DNA of 64,000 bases, from assembly GCA_018895235.1 (NCBI GenBank), contig JAHIOM010000013.1:6527-70526 (forward strand), read 5' to 3'. Shown here in pieces: positions 28,282 to 35,381 of the stretch; position 1 is the stretch's first letter; each line of letters starts with the position of its first letter. Under the pieces are notes generated by a model. That model was not told the origin of the DNA. It saw nothing but the letters and a program-made list of their open reading frames with translations, and did not search any database. The position numbers and the translations under genes were made by a program. Source of the stretch: Patescibacteria group bacterium (GTDB taxonomy: Bacteria; Patescibacteriota; Minisyncoccia; Minisyncoccales; Staskawiczbacteraceae).

Positions 28282-29568
28282 TTATTTAAGTTTCTTAAGT
28301 TTCTTTTTTATCTCAGCAACGATGTTTTTTAATTCAAATGTTTCCTGGGAGCCCGATTCCATATCCCTAACAACAATTTCCCCATCCAACGCTTCTTTTT
28401 GCCCGAATATTAAAACATATTTAATCCCCAGCTTGTTTGCTGTTCTAAGTTGTGCCTTTAAAGAGTCTTTGGAAAGGGATTCGGCAACTATTATTTTGGA
28501 CCTTCTAAACTCCTCAAGCACCTTTAAACTCTTTTTCTTGGCTAAATTTCCCAATTGAGCCAAAAAAACTTTTGCTTCTTTAACTTTTAATGGTTTTAAT
28601 TCTTTGGTTTTTAAAATATTGGCGATTCGTTCTGCCCCTCCTGCCGCCCCACAACCCGGAGTATCTCGACCACCCAATATCTTAACTAGATTATCATATC
28701 TTCCTCCTCCTATTAAAGCACCCTGTTCTTTACCTTGGGGGGTATTCTCAAAAATCTCAAAAACTGTCTTGGTATAATAATCTAATCCCCTTACAAGATA
28801 AGGATTTAATTTATATGGCATTTCTGCTTCATCTAAAAACTCCAAAACCTGTTTGAAATGATCGTGACAATTTTCACAAAGGTGATCCATTATCTGGGGA
28901 GCATCTGTTTTAATCTGCTGGCATTTTTCTTCCTTGCAGTCCAGAATTCTTAAAGGGTTCTGTTTAAGCCGTCTTTGGCAGTTCGAGCATAAAGATGACC
29001 GCCTCGATCTTAGATAGTTTGACAAGTTCTTCTTAAAATATGGCCGACATTCTGAATCTCCAATACTGTTTATTTCTATAATTAAATTTTTAAAATGGAG
29101 CTCTTTTAAAACATCATAGCTCATCTGAATTATCTGGCTGTCTATGGCTGGACTTTTATCTCCTAAAACCTCAAAACCAAACTGATGGAATTGCCTATAT
29201 CTGCCGGCCTGCGGCCGCTCATAGCGGAAACAGGGACCCTCATACCATAACTTTACCGGTTGGGGCAAGCTCTGCATTCCGTTTTCGATATAGCTTCTTA
29301 CCACAGAGGGAGTCAATTCCGGCCTCAAAGCAACATAATCCCCTCCTTTGGTACGAAATGTATACATCTGTTTTTCTACGATATCAGTGTCTAAACCCGT
29401 GCTTTTACAAAAAAGGTCGGCTGATTCTAAAATCGGCGTTTCAATTTTCTGAAAACTATAAAAATTAGCTACGCCTTCAACGGTTTTACAAATCCTCTGG
29501 AAGTGCTTCTGGTCTTCGGGCAATATATCATGCATCCCAGGCAACGACTGGAATTTTATTTTTTTCAT
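28282..29568 (-). CDS. hisS: Histidine--tRNA ligase
   Basis: LRPELT, FRYERPQAGRYRQF, LVRGLDYY, GGGRYD. Confidence 0.95.
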   Translation of the reverse strand: MKKIKFQSLPGMHDILPEDQKHFQRICKTVEGVANFYSFQKIETPILESADLFCKSTGLDTDIVEKQMYTFRTKGGDYVALRPELTPSVVRSYIENGMQSLPQPVKLWYEGPCFRYERPQAGRYRQFHQFGFEVLGDKSPAIDSQIIQMSYDVLKELHFKNLIIEINSIGDSECRPYFKKNLSNYLRSRRSSLCSNCQRRLKQNPLRILDCKEEKCQQIKTDAPQIMDHLCENCHDHFKQVLEFLDEAEMPYKLNPYLVRGLDYYTKTVFEIFENTPQGKEQGALIGGGRYDNLVKILGGRDTPGCGAAGGAERIANILKTKELKPLKVKEAKVFLAQLGNLAKKKSLKVLEEFRRSKIIVAESLSKDSLKAQLRTANKLGIKYVLIFGQKEALDGEIVVRDMESGSQETFELKNIVAEIKKKLKKLK

Positions 29569-29604
29569 CAGTGTAGAATTATAATTAAACTCAAAATTAA
29601 AAAC

Positions 29605-30156
29605 CTAGTAAGCAGGGCTTGTTATTTTTCCTAAAGCAGCCAAAGGGAAAACCCGAACAAAAACCTTGCCGATAATATTCTCTGCTGGCAAGGGCCCCCA
29701 GTTTCTTGAATCTGAGGAGTAAGCCCGATTGTCGCCTAAAACAAAGTACTCTTTTTCTCCTAGAATAATCTGCAGATTTCCATAGGTATTATCTTCCGCG
29801 TATGGAAGATAAATTTCTTCATTTAAAACTTGCGTTTGATTATTTTTAGTATAGATAAAAATCTTACCGTCCTTGATTTCAATGGTTTCGCCCGGTAGTC
29901 CAATAATTCTTTTAATGAATCTGTGGCTTGGATTTTTGGGGTATTTAAAAACAACAACATCTCCTCTTTGAGGGGAATTTAATCTATACGATATCTCATC
30001 AATAATCAGGTAGTCGCCGGAATGGAAGTTTGGGACCATTGAATCACCTTTAACTATAAACGGCTGAAATAAAAAATAGCGGATAGGTACCACTATAGCC
30101 AAAGCAATGAGAAATATTTTTGCAAGTTCCCAAATATATAAAAGTGTCTGTTTCAT
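29605..30156 (-). CDS. lepB: Signal peptidase I
   Basis: GDSMVPN, FIKRIIGLPGE, GDNR..SSDSR. Confidence 0.93.
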   Translation of the reverse strand: MKQTLLYIWELAKIFLIALAIVVPIRYFLFQPFIVKGDSMVPNFHSGDYLIIDEISYRLNSPQRGDVVVFKYPKNPSHRFIKRIIGLPGETIEIKDGKIFIYTKNNQTQVLNEEIYLPYAEDNTYGNLQIILGEKEYFVLGDNRAYSSDSRNWGPLPAENIIGKVFVRVFPLAALGKITSPAY

Positions 30157-30292
30157 ACCCCGTTAGAAGTCCTTGACGAAAAAATTTTAGGATAAAATTT
30201 TTTCTACCCTAAGGACAAATTATAATTTGATATACTTTTCTATAATGCCACGATAAAAGTCCTTGTTATAATACTCAGACTTCTAACGGGGC
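30157..30292. mobile_element. MITE-like element abutting the lepB start codon
   Basis: Terminal IR ACCCCGTTAGAAGTC / GACTTCTAACGGGGC, with CAT on both flanks. Confidence 0.6.
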
Positions 30293-30349
30293 ATAACAGT
30301 ATAATTTTCCAATTGTTATTATTTTAGCAACTTTTTTACTTTTTAGCAA

Positions 30350-30461
30350 GCCCCCACACCAATTTTGGCAATGAACTTTAATTGCCCACAACGACAGGCG
30401 AAGCCACTTCGCTTTTTATCGTCGGAATATCCAAGAACATTGTTGAAATTGGTGTGGGGGC
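30350..30461 (+). other. Long rod-shaped hairpin with central bubble (6S-like RNA or MITE)
   Basis: GCCCCCACACCAATTTTGGCAATG pairs with CATTGTTGAAATTGGTGTGGGGGC (G-U pairs favour + strand), internal bubble, apical AGGCGAAG/CTTCGCTT stem. Confidence 0.4.
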
Positions 30462-30501
30462 GAGCAACGAAGAAGATTGTCTGAATTCGCCCGCCCGAAG
30501 G

Positions 30502-30602
30502 GAAGCCAGAAAATGAGATGATTTCTGCGTTGCTCCTACTCAATGTAGTGTAAAACTACATTTCGGTCGTCGCGCCTTGAAATCATCTCATTTTCTGGCT
30601 TC
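30502..30602. repeat. 24-bp perfect inverted repeat element
   Basis: GAAGCCAGAAAATGAGATGATTTC / GAAATCATCTCATTTTCTGGCTTC enclosing an AATGTAGT/ACTACATT hairpin. Confidence 0.75.
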
Positions 30603-30688
30603 TAAAGCTGGCTCTGGTTCGAATCCTGCACCCTAAAAAAAGAAAAAAGGACCACTAATTTTAGCAGTCCTTTATTTATCTGGTTAAG

Positions 30689-31315
30689 TTAAACCTTAAT
30701 CTCTTCTGATGGGCGTAAACAAACTATATTACATCCTTTCTGCACTAATTTGTGATAATGATCTCTACTAATAGCTGGCGTGGCAAAAACCACGCTGCTT
30801 GCTCTATTAGCAATGAAAATTTCGCGCAAAGCCAACAAACTAATCGGATCCCAAAGAGAAAAATCACCGCAAAGAAGAACATTGCCTCGAATTTCGGGAT
30901 AAGGAATATCTATCTGTTTGGACAAACCAAGCGATTGAGATATAAGTTTGCTACGCAGATTAATCAATTGTCGAAGAATCGGAGTTTCTCGAGGGGTTTG
31001 ATTATCACGGCAAATCTTGATTTCAAAATCTTCTCCTATAGCGAAAACCTTGGCATTTCCATGAGTTGTCAGAACTTTCCATCTACTCGGACTTAATTGG
31101 TGCAAGAAAACACAGCAAGTGTCTTTTAAATTGTGGGCGAGATTAGCAGCCAGCGACGCACTTATTTCTGAAAATTTTCCCGCTTTGTGTTTATCAACAA
31201 CCCCAACTAACAAATCAATCTGCGGACACTTTTTTCTGACAATCCGCGAAAGTGGACCAACTAAATCGGTTCGGGTTAATGGTTGCATCGCAAATCCTGT
31301 TGTTTTACCGTCCAT
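30689..31315 (-). CDS. Hypothetical protein, degenerate phosphoribosyltransferase-like
   Basis: GNVLLCGDF...VVFATP resembles the PRTase VLLVDD...G.T region but lacks DD; SD upstream. Confidence 0.5.
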   Translation of the reverse strand: MDGKTTGFAMQPLTRTDLVGPLSRIVRKKCPQIDLLVGVVDKHKAGKFSEISASLAANLAHNLKDTCCVFLHQLSPSRWKVLTTHGNAKVFAIGEDFEIKICRDNQTPRETPILRQLINLRSKLISQSLGLSKQIDIPYPEIRGNVLLCGDFSLWDPISLLALREIFIANRASSVVFATPAISRDHYHKLVQKGCNIVCLRPSEEIKV

Positions 31316-31326
31316 GGTTTCTTCTC

Positions 31327-31593
31327 CTAAGAAACGGCCATATTGCCCAAGTTGTGCCGCACGAAAAACTTCCTCACAAAAGGAGGCGGTACATCTTTTA
31401 CTTCCCGGTTATCGCCGTTCCTTCTCTGCTTCCTCTGCAGATTGGTTGCCATCCGTCGAACATCTGACCAAGGAACACCCAAGGCCTTACCCAATGTCCT
31501 CATCTGCTGCTGGTTTTTGGGATCAACCCATAGTAAGACTTCCTGCTTTTCAGACGTGATTTTTTGAGATGATGTACTGTTGTTACCTGCCAT
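31327..31593 (-). CDS. Hypothetical protein
   Basis: ATG with AAAGGA SD; co-oriented with the next gene. Confidence 0.5.
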   Translation of the reverse strand: MAGNNSTSSQKITSEKQEVLLWVDPKNQQQMRTLGKALGVPWSDVRRMATNLQRKQRRNGDNREVKDVPPPFVRKFFVRHNLGNMAVS

Positions 31594-31826
31594 TTCTGAA
31601 TTCCTTTCCTGATTTTGACCAGTGCCATAATCACATTTACATCCCTGTACCCCCTGAATCTACCTAGGGCGCTCTTGCTTTTTTCATTTTCTTTCCTTTC
31701 TTATCAATATTTTTTTGTGAATGAACTATGACCAACCTGAATTTTTCTATTTTATATCTTTAATAATCCTTTGTCAATTTTGAAGAACCATGATATATAA
31801 AATGTATATAGAGACCTTTAATCTAT

Positions 31827-31890
31827 ATAATTGCTCGTTCGGTCGGAAAATAAAAATAAATTTTCATTTTCCTTCCTCATTCGTAATTAT
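31827..31890. repeat. ATAATT-bounded hairpin repeat, copy 2 (overlaps pth ATG)
   Basis: ATAATTGCTCGTTCGGTCGGAAAAT...ATTTTCCTTCCTCATTCGTAATTAT. Confidence 0.7.
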
Positions 31891-32470
31891 GAAAATCATT
31901 GTCGGCCTAGGGAATCCAGGACAAAAATTTGAAAATACGCCCCATAATTTCGGCTTTATGGTGATTGACGCTTTTGCGGAAAAAGATAATTTTCCTGATT
32001 TTAAGGTATCCAAAAAATTTAACTCTTTAATTTCAGAGGATCGTTTGAACACAGAAAAAACAGTTTTAGCCAAACCCCAAACTTTTATGAATGAATCTGG
32101 TAAAGCCATTAAAAAAATAGTTTCGCATTACAAATTACCTCCTATTGATTTGATTATTGTCCACGACGACATTGATTTGCCCTTTGGCACAATTAAAATA
32201 GTCAAAAACCGAGGTTCTGCCGGACACAAAGGCATAGAATCAATTATTAAAGAATTAAGCAGTAAAAACTTCACCAGAATCCGATTAGGCATTAAACCAG
32301 GAAGACCTAACTCATATCAAAAAAAAGTTTCTGGTGCGAGGTTTGTCATTAAAAGGTTTAACCCAAGGGAAAAAACGATTGTTGCCGATACTATAAAGAA
32401 AACTGCTGACGCGATTGAATTTTTGGTTAAAGATGGGCTAGAAAAAGCAATGAATGAATACAACAAATAA
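31889..32470 (+). CDS. pth: Peptidyl-tRNA hydrolase
   Basis: IVGLGNPG, HNFGF, KPQTFMNESG, HDDIDL, GHKG; start ATG 31889. Confidence 0.95.
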   Translation: MKIIVGLGNPGQKFENTPHNFGFMVIDAFAEKDNFPDFKVSKKFNSLISEDRLNTEKTVLAKPQTFMNESGKAIKKIVSHYKLPPIDLIIVHDDIDLPFGTIKIVKNRGSAGHKGIESIIKELSSKNFTRIRLGIKPGRPNSYQKKVSGARFVIKRFNPREKTIVADTIKKTADAIEFLVKDGLEKAMNEYNK

Positions 32471-32472
32471 AA

Positions 32473-33468
32473 TTAAAGCCTAGAAATTTTTTGTTTCAGC
32501 TCATGGCCGTTGCAATGTTTTAATACCCCAAAATATGACTGCAGGGTTTGGTTGAATAAATCTTTTGATATCTTGCCCTTGTCAAAATCAAGGGATTTTA
32601 ATTTTATCTTTTCCAGCATTCTCTTTTTTGTTTTTGTTCTTAAAATCCTATGATATGGGAGGTCAACGTAACCCAGAAAATCAATTCCTTGATGATGTTT
32701 TTTAATTATTACTTTACCTTTATGTAAAGACAATTTCAGTTTCTCTTTTAAGAACTCACTAATTACGGAAATAATACTTTCAAGATGTTCTCTATCACTA
32801 GTTAAGATAACGAAATCGTCGCAATAGCGGATATAATGTTTTATTCTCAAATTTTGTTTAATAAAATAATCCAATTCGTTAAGGTATATGTTGGCGAATA
32901 ATTGGCTTGTAATATTTCCTAATGGAAGGCCTTTGTCGGACAATGTTGAAAAACTTTTAATGATTTTTTCTATTAACCAAACGGCGTTTGTGTCTTTAAT
33001 TTTCTTTTTAATCAAAAAAGTCAGAATATCTTGGTCAATCGAATTAAAGAACTTTTTAATGTCGCATTTTAAGATAAAACAGGTTTTGGTTCTGTTTTTA
33101 CTGGTTTTTCTGGCGAACATCTGAAGTCGGCTGACCGCTTTATGTGTTCCTTTGGCGTTTCTACAGGAATAAGAATCGAATATGAATGATTTGTCGAAAA
33201 TAGGATACAAAATTCTGAATATGGCGTGGTGCAAAACTCTGTCTCCTACGCAGGCTTTATGGATTTTTCTAGGTTTTGGGTCGCAGATGTTAAATGATGT
33301 ATAATCAGAATGAGAATAGATTTTTATTTTTAATTCGTGATGGAGTTCAAAAATATTGTTTTCTAAATTGTATTCAAACTCCTGAACGTCTTTCTTTTTT
33401 CTTTTTCCTTTTTTAAATTCGTCCCAAGCTAAAAACAAGTTATCAAGAGAAATAATCTCTTTAAACAT
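32473..33468 (-). CDS. DGR reverse transcriptase (331 aa)
   Basis: KGTHKA, LKCDIKKFF, GLPLGNITSQLFANIYLNELD, RYCDDF, GIDFLGY; no maturase X or endonuclease domain; next to avd, TR and VR. Confidence 0.93.
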   Translation of the reverse strand: MFKEIISLDNLFLAWDEFKKGKRKKKDVQEFEYNLENNIFELHHELKIKIYSHSDYTSFNICDPKPRKIHKACVGDRVLHHAIFRILYPIFDKSFIFDSYSCRNAKGTHKAVSRLQMFARKTSKNRTKTCFILKCDIKKFFNSIDQDILTFLIKKKIKDTNAVWLIEKIIKSFSTLSDKGLPLGNITSQLFANIYLNELDYFIKQNLRIKHYIRYCDDFVILTSDREHLESIISVISEFLKEKLKLSLHKGKVIIKKHHQGIDFLGYVDLPYHRILRTKTKKRMLEKIKLKSLDFDKGKISKDLFNQTLQSYFGVLKHCNGHELKQKISRL

Positions 33469-33483
33469 ATTATATCTCTGGAT

Positions 33484-33548
33484 ATAATTATTACGCTCGG
33501 TCGAAGAACAAAAATAAATTTTTTCTCTTCTCTCTCGCTTATAATTAT
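33484..33548. repeat. ATAATT-bounded hairpin repeat, copy 3 (between RT and avd)
   Basis: ATAATTAT at both ends; internal CGCTCGGTCGAAGA...TCTTCTCTCTCGC. Confidence 0.7.
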
Positions 33549-33919
33549 GGAAAACTTTTCCTCTAATCCCCCCCCCCAACCAGTTTAATTTGCCAATTTT
33601 GCATAGAGTTTATGAATTATATAAATTATTTTACCAATATGAGCAACACCTTCCTCAAAAAGATCGCTATTGTATCGGACAAAAATGCGAAAAAATAATT
33701 TTAGATATTTTAGAACTGATTATTGGAACAATTCAGTCACCTAAAAATAGAAAACTAGAACTACTGAATGAAGCAAGCATAAAGTTAAATATTTTAAGAA
33801 TAATTATTCGTTTATCAAAAGATATAAAAGCATTAGACTTTAAAAAATATATTACCCTACAGGAAAATATAAATGAAATAGGAAGAATGCTAGGTGGCTG
33901 GATAAAATCACTAAAATAA
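33547..33919 (+). CDS. avd: DGR accessory protein Avd (four-helix bundle); ATG 33547 is out of frame because of a C10 tract, in-frame ORF from TTG 33590
   Basis: PILHRVYELYK, P.KDRY.IG, LNILRIIIRL, EIGRMLGGWIK Avd/bAvd signature. Confidence 0.88.
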
Positions 33920-33929
33920 TCTTTAACAA

Positions 33930-33949
33930 AACACCCCAAATGGGGTGTT
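33930..33949. terminator. Hairpin between convergent avd and TR
   Basis: AACACCCCA-aa-TGGGGTGTT, followed by TTGTT on the minus strand. Confidence 0.65.
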
Positions 33950-33970
33950 CATCTTTGATAGAGAAGGAAG

Positions 33971-34085
33971 TTCCTAACGGAGGAAAGGCCGATGTTGTCA
34001 TTGCGATTGTCATCCCAGTAGTTGTTGACATTGAGACCACTTGAGTCGAAGTTACCGATATTGACACGGTTGCCGTCCGAGTTAA
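33971..34085 (-). ncRNA. DGR template repeat (TR)
   Basis: 115-bp ungapped match to the VR; AAC/AAT-rich (conceptual NSDGNRVNIGNFDSSGLNVNNYWDDNRNDNIGLSSVR). Confidence 0.93.
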
Positions 34086-34305
34086 GAATTTGCCCATTTT
34101 TATCCAAACCACTGAAAGTTGTCTTTATTTTAATAGAAAGATTCCTTTCTGTATTTTATTCGGGAGCAGTCTCCTAGGCGACATCTCCGCTAAAAACGGG
34201 CAAGAAGTTCAGTCTTTATTAGATTAATTCTCGCGAGGCTAAGCCGTAACCCAACCTTCATTAACGAGATATTATATTTTATCAGTTTTAAAAAGAAAAA
34301 TAAAT

Positions 34306-34334
34306 GCCCCTCGACTGCTATGCAATCGAGGGGC
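34306..34334 (-). terminator. GC-rich hairpin downstream of the VR (terminator and/or DGR cis hairpin)
   Basis: GCCCCTCGA/TCGAGGGGC 9-bp perfect stem, followed by a T-rich tail on the minus strand. Confidence 0.75.
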
Positions 34335-34371
34335 TTCAAGGGTTCAATCTTCAAACATCAAAGATTCAAGA

Positions 34372-35148
34372 CTAAACCTTCCTGACGGAGGAAAGGCCGA
34401 TGAGGCCATGGCGAGTGCCATCCCAGTAGTGGCTGACATCGAGACCACTCCAGCCGAAGCTACCGACATCGACACGGAGGCCGTCCGAGCTAATATCCGA
34501 GCAATGAACATATACTTGCTCGAATAACCGCTCGTTAGTGGCCATAAAATGACCGATAATGGTGTAAACCATTACTTGGGCAGTTGGCGTTTCCTCATCC
34601 TTGGCGAGAAGCGATTGCTGCTCATTCCAGGTTTTGGAGGTCGAGTTGCTGACTGGCGTCTTGCGGACAAGTTGCCAGCTGACCTCGCCGTGTTCTTTGG
34701 CAAACTTTTCCTGGTTATGCCAGTCCTGGCTGTAGAACAATCCTTTGTCCTGCACCTTTCCACGAATCTCGAGGATCGAGATTGGGAAGATTGCCACAAA
34801 GACATGAGTGTCCTTGCACTCCTGGAGAACGGCTTCGGAGAACGGAATCTCGGAGAGGATGGCGAGTTGCTGCTTCGTGGAATTAACCCCGAAGTGCTTG
34901 ATCGCCTCCTCGACACCGAAGAAGTTCTTGCCCATGATTTCATGGGCGCGCTTCTGAGATGTCGTAGCTTCGTAACCACCTCTCTGAATCAACCCTACCA
35001 CCTTTGTGGCAAGGTCGTTGCCCTTTGAGTCAATGACCTTCTGGGCAAGTTCGTCCGTGAGCCCCGCCTTCTCCATTTTGAGAAGAAATTCGTGCTCATT
35101 GTGCACCGAAATAGTGCGTTCATCTGCTTGGCTTACCATGGTATTCAT
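34372..35148 (-). CDS. DGR target protein with C-terminal variable region (CLec-like end)
   Basis: ATG 35148 with SD; last ~40 codons are the VR (SSDGLRVDVGSFGWSGLDVSHYWDGTRHGLIGLSSVRKV); GC content higher than flanks. Confidence 0.9.
   Translation of the reverse strand: MNTMVSQADERTISVHNEHEFLLKMEKAGLTDELAQKVIDSKGNDLATKVVGLIQRGGYEATTSQKRAHEIMGKNFFGVEEAIKHFGVNSTKQQLAILSEIPFSEAVLQECKDTHVFVAIFPISILEIRGKVQDKGLFYSQDWHNQEKFAKEHGEVSWQLVRKTPVSNSTSKTWNEQQSLLAKDEETPTAQVMVYTIIGHFMATNERLFEQVYVHCSDISSDGLRVDVGSFGWSGLDVSHYWDGTRHGLIGLSSVRKV
34379..34493 (-). repeat. DGR variable repeat (VR)
   Basis: 19 mismatches to the TR, 17 of them at TR adenines (coding strand). Confidence 0.93.
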
Positions 35149-35254
35149 AGCACACCTTCCTTTCTTATAAAGAACAAAAACTCGTTGCTGATTACCCGCA
35201 ACTAGGCTATTAAGCACTATGCTTAATATGACTATATTATTGCAGCTACGCTGC

Positions 35255-35315
35255 ATAATTACTCATTCGGTCGAAATGAGAACAAGTTCTCATTTCTTTC
35301 TTATTTTATAATTAT
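35255..35315. repeat. ATAATT-bounded hairpin repeat, copy 4
   Basis: ATAATTACTCATTCGGTC-GAAATGAGAAC-aa-GTTCTCATTTC...ATAATTAT. Confidence 0.7.
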
Positions 35316-35381
35316 AACAAATTATATTATTTATGTCAAGCTTTTGACAGAACTAACAATCGGTATTATAATTTAGGTAAA

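Larger units (their letters stand above)
32473..35148 (-). mobile_element. Diversity-generating retroelement (target/VR, TR, avd, RT)
   Basis: All four components present; adenine-biased TR/VR divergence. Confidence 0.93.

Noticed and set aside
30350-30461. SRP (4.5S) RNA
   Set aside because: The size fits, but the conserved GGAA tetraloop and CAGG/AGCA helix-8 motif are absent on both strands.
30612-30634. GGTTCGAATCC as a third tRNA
   Set aside because: No acceptor, D or anticodon arms can be built; the same holds for 56081-56108.
32473-33579. RT as a group II intron or retron RT; 368-aa version starting MGGG
   Set aside because: There is no maturase or endonuclease domain, and avd plus TR/VR identify a DGR. 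The 37-residue extension merely reads through the poly-C tract and repeat; ATG 33468 is more plausible.
33852-34112. 86-aa minus-strand ORF over the TR
   Set aside because: It is an off-frame reading of the template repeat and overlaps avd antisense; the TR acts as RNA.
34549-35028. Long antisense and alternate-frame ORFs within the DGR target
   Set aside because: Explained by the higher GC content of the target gene; no SD or recognisable motifs.
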